Below, one piece after another: positions 23,387 through 34,506 of a stretch of 64,000 nucleotides of DNA. The position numbers and the translations under genes were made by a program. The notes beneath the pieces were generated by a model. That model was not told the DNA's origin and ran no database searches. It saw nothing but the letters and a program-made list of their open reading frames with translations. Position 1 is the stretch's first letter; the number at the start of each line of letters is the position of its first letter. Source of the DNA: an uncultured Clostridium sp. (lineage in GTDB: Bacteria > Bacillota > Clostridia > TANB77 > CAG-508); the NCBI GenBank assembly GCA_947569365.1, contig CANOSM010000009.1, positions 538 through 64,537 of the forward strand, written 5' to 3'.

Positions 23387-23969
23387 AATTATTATTTAAA
23401 AATGTTTTTTCAACATATATTTTATATGCTACTGATTGAATAACGTTTTGAAGTAATATTTCATCATTAGATATACTAGTTGAAAATTCTAATTTATTAT
23501 GCTTAAAAATTGATTTTACAGAATATTCAAATATATCACAAAATTTATTATAAGAATATTTAATCTTAAAATTAGTAGTTGCAAGTTTTAGTAAATCTGC
23601 TACATTACTAATACTATAAACAGACTTTAATATGCAAATTACAAATATTGAAGCTATATGTTCTTTGTTATATTTTTTCTTTTTAGGTGGTGAAATAGCA
23701 CCTTGTTTTACATAGTTATTTATCATAGTTTTAGTAATGATTTGATTTTCGCCATCTCCAATATATGGAGATAAATAGGTGTCTAATAATGTAACTAATT
23801 GGTCTAGATATAAATCCAAATCTGGTAATTCTTCCCATCTAGGAATATGTACATTCTGAAAAATTTCTAATGAAGTAGAGTTTTTCTTATTTTTTTCTTT
23901 TTCCTTTTTACTGCTATTATTAGATATTTTATCTATTTCATCAATATTTTCAACGATAGTTTTACTCAT
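23385..23969 (-). CDS. DUF1836 domain protein
   Basis: PRWEELPDLDLYLDQ, ITKTMINNYVK, P.KKKY. Confidence 0.85.
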   Translation of the reverse strand: MSKTIVENIDEIDKISNNSSKKEKEKNKKNSTSLEIFQNVHIPRWEELPDLDLYLDQLVTLLDTYLSPYIGDGENQIITKTMINNYVKQGAISPPKKKKYNKEHIASIFVICILKSVYSISNVADLLKLATTNFKIKYSYNKFCDIFEYSVKSIFKHNKLEFSTSISNDEILLQNVIQSVAYKIYVEKTFLNNN

Positions 23970-24108
23970 ATTTCAACACTCCTAACATATTTATAATACC
24001 ATACAGTCATAATTTAGTCAATTAGTTGACAGGATAGTATGTATATGATAATCTAGTATTAGAGACTAGATGAAAAAGTTTAAGATATATTAAACGAGGG
24101 GAAAGTGT

Positions 24109-25836
24109 ATGAAAAAAGTAAAATATAATAAAGCAACAGAATTTTCTAATATTAAAGAAATAATAAATGAATCAATAAAAAAATATAAAAACAATAATGC
24201 ATTTATAGTAAAACATAAACAAGAAAAAGATATAATATATGAAAATATAACATATGAAAGATTTGGAGATGAATTAAATGCTTTAGGAACAGCTTTAATT
24301 AATATGGGATTAAAAAATAAAAAAATAGCTGTAATAGGAGAAAATAGCTATGAATGGATGCTTGTATATTTAAGTGTACTTAATGGTGTAGGGACTATAG
24401 TTCCTCTAGATAAAGGTTTACCAGAAACTGAAATTGAAAATTCATTAAAGATAAGTGAATGTGAAGTAATATTTTTTTCAAATAAACATGCTGAAATGAT
24501 ACAAAATATAGTTGAAAAACATCAAACTAATTTAACAAATTTTATTTGTATGGATAAAATAATAGATAGTTTTAAAAATAATAATTTATTGTATATTAAG
24601 AATTTAATAGAAAAAGGTAAGGAATTAGTATTAGATGGAGATAAAAGTTATATTAATGCTAAAATAGATAATGATAAAACAAATATATTGTTATTTACAT
24701 CTGGAACAACTTCTGCATCAAAAGCTGTGGAATTATCACATAGAAATATAGCTTCAAATATATATGCACTTACATCAGCAGAAAAGCTATATTCAACAGA
24801 TGTAAATATTGCACTTTTACCATTTCATCATACATTTGGTTCAACTGGATTAATATTTTTCTTAAGTTTAGGGATGACAAATGTATTTTGTGATGGGCTA
24901 AGACATATACAAGAAAACTTAAAAGAATATAAAGTAACAACATTTGTAGGTGTTCCACTTATAATTGAATCAATGTATAAGAAAATTGTGACTACAATAG
25001 AAAAGCAAGGAAAAACAAAAAAACTAAAATTAGGATTACTTATAACTAAAATATTAATGAAATTTAAAATTGATATAAGAAGAAAAGTATTTAAAGAAAT
25101 AATCAATAATTTAGGTGGAAACATCAGATTTATAATAAGTGGCGCCTCAGGAATTGATAGAAAAGTTGCAGAAGCATTTAATGATTTTGGGATATTAACA
25201 GTTCAAGGATATGGACTAACAGAGACATCACCAGTATTATTTGCAGAAAATGAACAATGTATTAAATATGGTTCAGTAGGACTTTCAATGAGAAATGTTG
25301 ATGCAAAAATAGATAATCCAAATGAAGATGGAATAGGAGAGATAATAGTAAAAGGACCAAATATAATGAAAGGATACTACAAAAATGATAATGAAACAAA
25401 AAAAGTACTAAAGGAAAATTGGTTCTATACAGGAGATTTAGGATATATAGATAAAGATGGATATTTATTTATAACAGGGAGAAAGAAAAATGTTATAGTA
25501 ATGAAAAATGGAAAAAATGTTTATCCAGAGGAGATTGAACAATTAGTTAGTAATTTGCCATATGTTTCTGAAAGTATGGTATTTAGTAAAGAAAGAAGTA
25601 ATGAGATTTTACTATCAGTAAAAATTGTATACAATAAAGATTATATATATAATAAATATTCATTAGAAAATGAAGAAGAGATAAAAGAGATGATATGGGA
25701 AGATATTAAAAATATAAATAAAGGACTTCCAAATTATAAACATATTAAAAACTTAATTATTACAGATGAGCCAATGATAAAAACAACTACCGCTAAGATA
25801 AAAAGATATGAAGAAATGAAAAAAGAAAAAGTTTAA
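24109..25836 (+). CDS. Long-chain fatty-acid--CoA ligase (AMP-binding)
   Basis: FTSGTT, QGYGLTE, FYTGDLG, GKNVYPEEIE. Confidence 0.9.
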   Translation: MKKVKYNKATEFSNIKEIINESIKKYKNNNAFIVKHKQEKDIIYENITYERFGDELNALGTALINMGLKNKKIAVIGENSYEWMLVYLSVLNGVGTIVPLDKGLPETEIENSLKISECEVIFFSNKHAEMIQNIVEKHQTNLTNFICMDKIIDSFKNNNLLYIKNLIEKGKELVLDGDKSYINAKIDNDKTNILLFTSGTTSASKAVELSHRNIASNIYALTSAEKLYSTDVNIALLPFHHTFGSTGLIFFLSLGMTNVFCDGLRHIQENLKEYKVTTFVGVPLIIESMYKKIVTTIEKQGKTKKLKLGLLITKILMKFKIDIRRKVFKEIINNLGGNIRFIISGASGIDRKVAEAFNDFGILTVQGYGLTETSPVLFAENEQCIKYGSVGLSMRNVDAKIDNPNEDGIGEIIVKGPNIMKGYYKNDNETKKVLKENWFYTGDLGYIDKDGYLFITGRKKNVIVMKNGKNVYPEEIEQLVSNLPYVSESMVFSKERSNEILLSVKIVYNKDYIYNKYSLENEEEIKEMIWEDIKNINKGLPNYKHIKNLIITDEPMIKTTTAKIKRYEEMKKEKV

Positions 25837-25894
25837 AATTTGAAAAGAAAGATATTTAGCATGTCTTTCTTTTTTCTATATATAAGTAATATAA

Positions 25895-25926
25895 TTGACA
25901 AAGATATAATGCACAATATATAATTT
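25895..25926 (+). promoter_or_regulatory. Promoter with partial NrdR-box-like sequence
   Basis: TTGACA 25895 and TATAAT 25919; CACAATATAT overlapping the -10 resembles half of an NrdR box. Confidence 0.4.
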
Positions 25927-25949
25927 AAATACTAAAGGAGGCTTTAGTT

Positions 25950-28101
25950 ATGTCAGAGTTAAAAAATAAGCTAATAAATATTATAGTAATAAAAAGAGAT
26001 GGAAAAAAGGTTGGATTTAATGAATCTAAGATTGCTGTTGCAATAAAAAAAGGATTTGATAGCTTAAAAAATGAAAATAATGATAAATATCAAGAAAAAG
26101 ATATAAATAAAGTATATAATCTTGTAATTCAAAAAATTATTGATACTGAAAAAGATAAAATAAAGATTGAAGAAATACAAGATATGATTGAAGAAGTTTT
26201 AAGAAATAATAAATACATAGATGTATATGAGTCTTTTTCAACATATAGAGAAAGAAGAAATCAATCAAGAAAATTATTTTTTGATGAGAAAAAACAACAT
26301 ACTTTTTTAAAAGCAATTGAAAATCTTAGTACAGACACTTCTGCAGAAAATGAAGTTCCAGAATCGATAACAACATCTATGGGAGCAATGCTTAAATATG
26401 GACAAGCTGTATCTAAAGAAGTATCAAAATCATATTTTTTAAAAAGAAAAGTTGCAGATGCTTATGAATGTGGAGAAATTTATATTCATGATTTAGATTA
26501 TTTACCAATGGGAACTACTAATTGTTGCCATATAGACTTAAATAAATTGTTTAATGATGGTTTTTCCACAGGAAGGGGTTTTTTAAGGGAGCCAAATAAT
26601 ATAATGACATATGCTATATTGACTTCAATTGCAATTTTAACAAATCAGAATGATCAATATGGAGAGCAATCAATACCAGTACTAGATTATTATTTTGCTC
26701 GGTGGAATAGTAAAGACATTTAAAAAGGAATTTAAACAAACTGTAAATGATTTTTTAGACTATACTGATTTTGGGATATTTGCAGCAGTAAATGGAATGG
26801 AAAGGGAAATAGAAAAAATAACAAGTATAGATTTTGATATTTCGATTTTTGATACATATTGTAGAGAATCACAGCAACTTAAAAGACTATTTAGAATAGC
26901 GTATAAAAAGGCATTAGATAAAACAGATAAAATGACTTATCAGGCAATGGAAGCATTAATACATAATCTAAATACAATGAAATCTAGAGCAGGGGCGGAA
27001 GTTCCATATTCTACAGTAAATCTTGGGACAGATACTTCAAATGAAGGAAGAATGGTAATAAGAAATTATTTAAAAGCTTTAGATGCAGGGATAGGAAATA
27101 ATGAGATTCCTGAATTCCCAAAGACAATATTTAAGGTAAAAGAAGGGATAAATTATAATAAAGAAGATGTAAATTATGATTTATTAAAATTAGCATGTGA
27201 TATTGATTCTAGACATCAGATAATTTCGTTTTCTTTTTTAGATACAGAATTTAATAATAAAAGATATGATAAGTCCGATTATAATACAGAAATTGCATAT
27301 ATGGGTTCTTCAATAAGAGTGTATGAAAATGTAGTAGATGATATGAAAGAGACATCAGTATCTAGAGGAAATTTAATGATGACAAGTATAAATTTACCAA
27401 GAATAGGTGTAAAAAATGGTATTAAGATCAATGGTAAAGCTGATATAGAAGGATTTTTCAAAGAACTTGATGAAAAACTTGAAATAGTAAAAGAAGAATT
27501 ATTAGATAGATTTCAAAAACAGGAAGATAAGAGAGTATATAATTTTCCATTTCTTATAGGACAGGGAATATGGATGGATAGTGAAAAGTTAAAGCCATAT
27601 GATAGACTTCGTAGAGTAAATAAACATGGTACATTATCTATTGGAATATTAGGACTTTCTGAGTGTCTAGTTGCTCTTACAGGACAACATCATGGAGAAA
27701 ATGTAAGTAGTCAAAAATTAGGATTACAGATAATTAGACATATAAGAGAAAAAACTGATGAATTTTCTAAAAAGTATAATTTAAATTTTAATGTTTATGC
27801 AGTTAGAAAAAAAGAAGTGTTAGAAAATTTTATGGTTTTAGATAAATTGATTTTTGGAAAAGTAAAAGGAGTGACTGATAAAAAATATTATACAAATGGA
27901 TTTGATGTACCAGAAAATTATAATATATCAATAGATGATAAAATAAATATTGAATCAAAGTATCATAAACTAACAAATGGTGGTCATTTGTTAGTAGTAG
28001 ATATGGGGATAAAATCTAAAGAGAATCCAGATAAATATGAGAAAATGATAAGAAAGATGAAAGAAGCGGGGATAGGTCTTGGAAAGATGATTATAAAATA
28101 A
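25950..28101 (+). CDS. NrdD-like (class III RNR) protein with ATP-cone, apparently catalytically inactive; CGG +1 site at 26700
   Basis: VIKRDG ATP-cone, IHDLD, TNCCHID, NLGTDT, RGNL, NLPR; two ORFs joined by skipping C26700 (about 716 aa). Confidence 0.8.
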
Positions 28102-28135
28102 AAAATATCTATAATATTTATTAGGAGAAAAAATA

Positions 28136-29740
28136 ATGGAAGATAATAGTATAAACTTTACATTTAGACTTTTGAATAAGAAAAAAATTGCTTTAGGTTT
28201 ATTTATAGAAGCGTTTTTAGATTTTATTTATTATGCAATACCATATACATTTGCTCTATTTTTAACTATGCCTTTTACATTAAAAAAGGCTATAATAGTT
28301 GTTTCTATATTTATATTTTCTAAATCTGTTAGATGTTTTATTTTATGGTTTGAGAGAAAAGTAATGGATAATTATTTATATGAATATTCAAATATTCAAT
28401 ATGTAGAATATTATAAAAGGTTGACTAAAGTGCCAGTTGAAACCTTGGCAAAATATCAAACAGGATATTTAGAGAACATAATAGAAAAGATTTCTGAATT
28501 AGTAAAAAAAATATTGAGTGCAGAGTATATTGGAATTATACTATCTTTTGGATTTTTCTTTTATACAGTGTTTAATCAATCAAAAATATTATTTTTTATA
28601 TCTTTATTATTAAGTGTATTATGTGTAATAGTGAGTGTGTATGTTTTAAAAAAATCTAATAAACATGTTGAAGACTTATATAATGAAGAATATGAATACT
28701 CATCTATATACCAAGATTTTATAAGTAATATAAAAACAGTAAAAGCATTAAATGATAATAAATATTTTGAAGGGATTATTTCAAAGAAAGGAAATGAGTG
28801 TTACAAAAAACAAAATAAATATGTACAATGTTATTCATTAGAAGAATTTATTAGAAATATTTTAATAGTTATACCATTTGCACTTGCCATTATAAAGGCA
28901 GTTATTGACTTATCTAATGGAATTGATACCTTAGGAATAATAACATTTTATATTTCAATTTATTTAGAAATGGAATTTATATTTGATAATTTATCAGGAA
29001 CAATAGTTAGTTGTTTTGAATTAAAAGCGCTAAGAAAAAAATGTATAGAGTTATTTAGTAAATTAGATAATAGAAAGATTATAAGCAAATTTGAGAAAAT
29101 AGAACTAAATAATATAGTTTTAAAATATAATGAATCGAGTTTCAATATTACTGTTCCTAATATGATTATAAAAGTAGGAGATAAAATATCAATTACAGGT
29201 AAATCTGGTCAAGGTAAAACATCTATAATAAACCTTATATTAGGAAATATAAGTACATATAATGGAGAGATAAAAATAAATGACGAAGATTTAAAAAATA
29301 TAAGATTGGATATAGGAGTAGTAAGTCAAGAAATTGAACTATTTAACATGACTATAAAGGATAATTTATGTTTAGATAAAGAGTTATCAGATAAAGATAT
29401 AATTAGTTATTTAAAAGAATTAGAATTAGATGAAATTTTAATGTTTGAGAATGGTATATATACAATTGTCGGAGAAAAAGGATTAAAACTTTCAACAGGG
29501 CAAAAGAGAAGAATAAATATATTAAGAAGTTATTTGATGAATAAAAATATTTATATTTTAGATGAACCAACTTCTAATTTAGATAAACATACTGAGGAAA
29601 TAGTTGTAAATTTTATATTAAAGTATTTTAGAGATAAGACTTTGATTATTGCTACTCATAATGATAAGATAAATGAAATATGTAATAAATTTTATCATTT
29701 TGAAAATCATAATTTAAGTATTAATTATGTACAAAATTAA
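28136..29740 (+). CDS. ABC exporter, fused permease-ATPase
   Basis: TM helices, GKSGQGKT, LSTGQ, ILDEPT. Confidence 0.9.
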   Translation: MEDNSINFTFRLLNKKKIALGLFIEAFLDFIYYAIPYTFALFLTMPFTLKKAIIVVSIFIFSKSVRCFILWFERKVMDNYLYEYSNIQYVEYYKRLTKVPVETLAKYQTGYLENIIEKISELVKKILSAEYIGIILSFGFFFYTVFNQSKILFFISLLLSVLCVIVSVYVLKKSNKHVEDLYNEEYEYSSIYQDFISNIKTVKALNDNKYFEGIISKKGNECYKKQNKYVQCYSLEEFIRNILIVIPFALAIIKAVIDLSNGIDTLGIITFYISIYLEMEFIFDNLSGTIVSCFELKALRKKCIELFSKLDNRKIISKFEKIELNNIVLKYNESSFNITVPNMIIKVGDKISITGKSGQGKTSIINLILGNISTYNGEIKINDEDLKNIRLDIGVVSQEIELFNMTIKDNLCLDKELSDKDIISYLKELELDEILMFENGIYTIVGEKGLKLSTGQKRRINILRSYLMNKNIYILDEPTSNLDKHTEEIVVNFILKYFRDKTLIIATHNDKINEICNKFYHFENHNLSINYVQN

Positions 29741-29890
29741 TACTATTATAAGAAAATAAAAGAGATAAGTTGTAAAAAAATTAAAAAATAAATTTATTTG
29801 AAATTTTTTATACAATGTAATTAATTATTTATACTTTAACATAATTTATATATTTTATAAATATTATATATAAATAAAAGGAGTATAAAT

Positions 29891-30637
29891 ATGAATAAAG
29901 AGATGATATGTTTATTAATTATTTTGTTGTTATTTTTAATAGGAGGATTATTTATATATAAAAATAAGTTACATAAAAAACAAAATAGAAATATAGAAGA
30001 AAATTTTGTGAGTAAAGTGGATAATATTAAAAAAACGGAAATTAAAATATTAAAAGAGGATAAGAAAAAAGAGGAAGTGTTTACAAGTAGCAAAATTCCA
30101 AAAAGTGTTTTAAGAAAGATGATAGGAAATTCGGTACCAGACAAAGATAAAGTGGATATAGAAAAACTAGCATATTTAAAAATAACTTATTGGGGATTTG
30201 ATGAAAAGATACATATAGGAGAAATGATAGTTAATAAAAATGTAGCACAAGAGGTATTAGATATTTTTAAAGAAGTTTATTATAAGAAATATCCTATTGA
30301 AAAGATGAAGTTAATTGATGAATATGATGCAAATGATGAAAAGTCTATGACTGATAATAATACATCAGCTTTTTGTTATAGAACTATTGCTAACACAAAT
30401 AAATTATCTAATCATTCTTTAGGAAAAGCAATAGATATAAATCCATTATATAATCCATATATTGTTGGAACTTATATTTCACCTACAAATGGTAAAAAAT
30501 ATGAAGATAGAAGTATTGTTAGAAAAGGTACTATAAGAAAAGGAGATGATCTTTATAATGCTTTTATAAAAAGAGGATGGACGTGGGGAGGAAATTGGAG
30601 TATAAAAAAAGACTATCAACATTTTGAAAAAAGGTAA
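29891..30637 (+). CDS. M15 family metallopeptidase (cell-wall carboxypeptidase)
   Basis: N-terminal TM, SNHSLGKAID.NP, W.WGGNW, DYQHFE. Confidence 0.85.
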   Translation: MNKEMICLLIILLLFLIGGLFIYKNKLHKKQNRNIEENFVSKVDNIKKTEIKILKEDKKKEEVFTSSKIPKSVLRKMIGNSVPDKDKVDIEKLAYLKITYWGFDEKIHIGEMIVNKNVAQEVLDIFKEVYYKKYPIEKMKLIDEYDANDEKSMTDNNTSAFCYRTIANTNKLSNHSLGKAIDINPLYNPYIVGTYISPTNGKKYEDRSIVRKGTIRKGDDLYNAFIKRGWTWGGNWSIKKDYQHFEKR

Positions 30638-30842
30638 TTGGATTAATTTATAAATATTATATTGGATAAAATAATAATAACATTTATACCTATAAAGATT
30701 AGTACTTACAACGGTTACAGTATCTTACTGTAAAATATTAAATTGCACACATTGATTTTCAATATTAATAATTTAATGAAGCAGACATCGTAGTTATCTA
30801 CAACTTTTCTCTCTTAACTTTTGTAAGTATATTTATGTAGAC

Positions 30843-31612
30843 ATGAAAAGATTTTTAAACAAAAAGGTTAACGAAAATATATATTTAGAATTTGAAGAAT
30901 ATATTAGAAATGGTGGATTTCCAAAGTCTTTATATTATGATAATTATGATGAGAAAATAACTTATACTTCTAGTGTTATAAATCAAATATTCGATAAAGA
31001 TATAAAAACAAGTAATAAAATAAAAGATAAAGCGTTATTTGAAATAATAGAAAAATTTGTTATAAATAATTTTGGAGCAGTTATATCTATCAAAAAATAT
31101 ACAACTATCTTAAAGATGAATTAAAGGTTAATGTAGATAGAAGAACTATAAAAAGATATTTAAATATTTTGGAAAAGGCTAAAATAATATATTCTTGTGA
31201 ATTGTTTGATATAAAATCAAAATCAGTTTTAAAAGGAGAGAAAAAATATTATTTAGCTGATTTAAGTATTTACTATTCACAAAATACTGACAACAGAATA
31301 AACTATGGACCAGTTCTTGAAAATGTAATGTATTCTTATTTAAAAAGTAAGAATTATAAGATTTCTGTAGGTTATATTGGAAAATTTGAATGTGATTTTA
31401 TTGCAAGAGCAAATTATGATGATTACTACTATATTCAAGTTTCTAAAGATATTAGTAATAAAGAAACTGAAGAAAGAGAATATAGACCATTTTATATGAT
31501 TAAAGAACTATACCATAGATATATATATTTACTATGGATATGTTACTTCAAAAACGAGATGGTATAAATCATGTGAATATTGTTGATTTTATTTACAACT
31601 ATAAAAATTTAT
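30843..31612 (+). pseudogene. Relic of AAA_14/DUF4143 ATP-binding gene (5' part lost, frameshifted)
   Basis: GGFP, KYYLAD, LEN.MY, ECDFIA, YIQV in fragmented frames. Confidence 0.7.
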
Positions 31613-31644
31613 AAAAAATTTATGGAGATATGAGAATGAAACCA

Positions 31645-31793
31645 TATATGTAAGATTAGTTTTTTCTAATTTCTTAATACGTCCATTGATAAAAGTAGGA
31701 GTTACTTTTTGAAAACTCACATATAAATTCAAGTCGTTGTTTTAGGCATTCCTTAAATTGTAGTTCTTGTTTAATTATCTTAATTTCAAATAC
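31645..31793 (-). pseudogene. Relic homologue of the 6240-6611 gene
   Basis: Translates to IIKQELQFKECLKQRLEFICEFSK/VTPTFINGRIKKLEKTNLTY versus [38 protein letters not shown]. Confidence 0.65.
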
Positions 31794-31885
31794 AATCCTT
31801 CATTTTTTAGATAAAGGCATTAAAAAAATCAACGTTTACAGTTGATTTTTTCAATACTTTCGTCTGGTGCGACGATTTTACTTAA

Positions 31886-31961
31886 TGGAGCCACTAGGCG
31901 GAATCGAACCGCCGACCTACAGGTTACGAATCTGTTGCTCTACCAACTGAGCTATAGTGGC
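31886..31961 (-). tRNA. tRNA-Thr(CGT)
   Basis: GCCACTA/TAGTGGC acceptor stem; loop TT-CGT-AA; GGTTCGATTCC T-arm; encoded CCA; 76 nt. Confidence 0.93.
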
Positions 31962-32098
31962 ATATAAATATTTTTAATCTATTTTTGTATTTTATCACAA
32001 TAGTAAAATAATAAACAATACTTTTATGATTATTTTTATATAAAGCTATTTTATTATTTAGTAATTACATGTATAATCAAGATAAGAGGTTTGTAATT

Positions 32099-32905
32099 AT
32101 GAAAAAAGTATTAAAAATATTTATAATAGTATTAGCAATTTTATGTACAATAGTAGGAATATTTATATTATCAGGATTTTCCCAATATAAATCTGCAACT
32201 AAAGATGATGCTATAAAAAAAGCTTTTAGTGATATAAAATCTAAAGAATCTTATATTACATTAGAAAAGCTTCCAGAGGATTTTTTAAATGCTGTTGTTT
32301 CAATAGAAGATAATAGATATTATAAACATTCAGCTATAGATATTAAATCAATTTTTAGAGCTATAATAGTAAATATTAATGATAGAGAATTTACAGAAGG
32401 TGGAAGTACTATTACACAACAAGTTGCTAAGAATACATTTTTTACACAAGAAAAGAAATTAACCAGAAAAGTTGCGGAAGTATTTACTGCTTTTGATATC
32501 GAAGAAGCATATTCGAAAAAAGAAATTTTAGAAATATATGTTAATATAAATTATTATGGTAGTGGATATTATGGTATTTATGATGCATGTAAAGGATACT
32601 TGAATAAAGAACCAAAAGATATGACTCTTGCTGAATGTGCACTTCTTGCTGGTATTCCAAATGCTCCAAGCGTTTATTCTCCAAATAAAAATAAAGAGTT
32701 ATCAATAAAAAGGCAGAAAATAGTTCTAAAGTCAATGTTAGAGAATGGATATATTACTAAAGAAGACTATGAGGATGCTATGAAAGAAATCGATAAAAAA
32801 TCCGCACAGACAATAATAATTAGAAAAAATATTGGGGAAATGAAAGATATATGTTTATATTTTAGAGATATCAAAGAATTTGTAAAAAAGTGGAGTTGGA
32901 TATAA
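32099..32905 (+). CDS. Monofunctional peptidoglycan transglycosylase (GT51)
   Basis: EDNRYY.H, GGSTITQQVAKN, RK..E, KKEILE.Y.N. Confidence 0.9.
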   Translation: MKKVLKIFIIVLAILCTIVGIFILSGFSQYKSATKDDAIKKAFSDIKSKESYITLEKLPEDFLNAVVSIEDNRYYKHSAIDIKSIFRAIIVNINDREFTEGGSTITQQVAKNTFFTQEKKLTRKVAEVFTAFDIEEAYSKKEILEIYVNINYYGSGYYGIYDACKGYLNKEPKDMTLAECALLAGIPNAPSVYSPNKNKELSIKRQKIVLKSMLENGYITKEDYEDAMKEIDKKSAQTIIIRKNIGEMKDICLYFRDIKEFVKKWSWI

Positions 32906-33309
32906 TAGTGATTAAATCAAAAATAAAAAAACAATTTAAATGTAATAAAAATAAATTATGGAATATTATTACAAACAATAATAATTATTCTTGGAGAAGT
33001 GATTTATCTAAAATAGAAATTATTGATGAAACTCATTTTATAGAATATGATAAAAATAATTTTCCTACATATTTTACAATAACATCAAAAGAATATTTAA
33101 AGGAATATACATTTAATATAGAAAATACTAATATAAAAGGAAGATGGATAGGATTATTTAAAGATATTTCAAAAGATACTATTGAACTAGACTTTACAGA
33201 AGAAGTAGAAGTTAATAATTTTATTATGAAATTATTGGCTAAAACATATTTCAAAGTTAATCAAAATAGATATATGAAAGATTTAGAAAAAGAATTAAAT
33301 AAAAGATAA
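32890..33309 (+). CDS. SRPBCC/polyketide cyclase-like protein
   Basis: W.IIT....YSWRSDL, GRW.G.F, FTE pattern; start uncertain. Confidence 0.6.
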   Translation: MELDIIVIKSKIKKQFKCNKNKLWNIITNNNNYSWRSDLSKIEIIDETHFIEYDKNNFPTYFTITSKEYLKEYTFNIENTNIKGRWIGLFKDISKDTIELDFTEEVEVNNFIMKLLAKTYFKVNQNRYMKDLEKELNKR

Positions 33310-33310
33310 T

Positions 33311-33339
33311 AGGCTAGGATAAATTGCATCCTAGCCTTT
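33311..33339. terminator. Intrinsic terminator hairpin
   Basis: AGGCTAGGAT-loop-ATCCTAGCCT between convergent genes. Confidence 0.65.
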
Positions 33340-33365
33340 GCTGTTTAAAGGTTTCTTTAATTAAA

Positions 33366-34322
33366 CTACATGATAGAATCTAAAATATACTTAATTCCTT
33401 CAGAATTATATAAAAGCTCATAATCTGCTTTTTCAAATAAAAGCTTAAGAATTAAACTAACATATGCTTTAGCAGATTCAAAATCTTCCTGTGAATCAAA
33501 ATACATTATAGCATCATCTGGTATCATATCTGAATAATTCTCTTTACAATTTACAACTTTATCCACATGTTTTTTATAGGATAGCGTACTTGCATCATAT
33601 TGGCTACATACTAATACTCCTTTATTAATTTTCCTTGAAAGAGAACAAACTGTAGCAGTAGAATGTACTATGATATAATGCTTTTTTTCTGTTAGTGATT
33701 TTTTTGCTGATTCAAACATATAACGCTTTTGGGATATATCATTTATAGTCTTTTGATGAATATACAATATATCATTATAGTTTTCTTTAGCTATTGAAAC
33801 TGCTTTTAGTGCATTTGATAAAGTTAATTCAGCATTTATAAGATCTTTAAGAGAATTTTCAAGTTTTTTATCTGTTTGTTTGAATTCTTGCATAGCTTTA
33901 TTTAAGTCAGATTCATGCTTTTTTACAGGTACATGTATAGAACGTTCTTTGGATATATCATTTATAGTCTTTTGATGAATATATAATATATCCTTATAGT
34001 CTTCTTTAGCTCTGGAAGCTGCTTTTAGTGCATTTGATAAAGCTAGTTCAGCATTTATAAGCTCTTTACGAGTATCTTCAAGTTTTTTATCTGTTTGTCT
34101 GAATTCTTGCATAGCTTTATTTAAGGCAGATTCATACTCTGTTAAGAAACTTTCTTCAGGTACCTGTGATGTAAAAGAATTAGCCAATTTACTATCAGAT
34201 TTCCTTGTAAGATATTTACGGGTATCATTAGGAAATCCATTTATAAGTAGCTTATATTCTTTGTGATTATAAGCTTTAGCTAAATCCCGTATAGTTAGTA
34301 ATTTTTTTACCTCATTGATCAT
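33366..34322 (-). CDS. Coiled-coil hypothetical protein with internal duplication
   Basis: Likely start ATG 34322 after AGAAGG; two related ~65-aa segments. Confidence 0.7.
   Translation of the reverse strand: MINEVKKLLTIRDLAKAYNHKEYKLLINGFPNDTRKYLTRKSDSKLANSFTSQVPEESFLTEYESALNKAMQEFRQTDKKLEDTRKELINAELALSNALKAASRAKEDYKDILYIHQKTINDISKERSIHVPVKKHESDLNKAMQEFKQTDKKLENSLKDLINAELTLSNALKAVSIAKENYNDILYIHQKTINDISQKRYMFESAKKSLTEKKHYIIVHSTATVCSLSRKINKGVLVCSQYDASTLSYKKHVDKVVNCKENYSDMIPDDAIMYFDSQEDFESAKAYVSLILKLLFEKADYELLYNSEGIKYILDSIM
33722..34135. repeat. Intragenic direct repeat, period 219 bp
   Basis: 33722-33916 versus 33941-34135 are highly similar. Confidence 0.85.
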
Positions 34323-34506
34323 AGTGAAAACCTTCTTTCTATAATATTTTTTATTGACTACTGCCAAGTATCTTTAATTATAACACGTTTAGGATATTTG
34401 TTCAATATTATGTAAATAAAAAAGTAAATTTAACATAATATTGAAAATATGGTATAATATTAAATAGATTGCTATTAATAACAAAAACAAAGGAGGTCAT
34501 ATTATT

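Noticed and set aside
26695-26710. Independent TTG-started second nrdD gene
   Set aside because: No SD, and the break falls mid-domain exactly at CGG 26700
31886-31961. tRNA as the quadruplet or suppressor decoder of CGGN
   Set aside because: The anticodon is CGT with a normal 17-nt arm and Thr-like acceptor; it cannot pair with CGG or GGN
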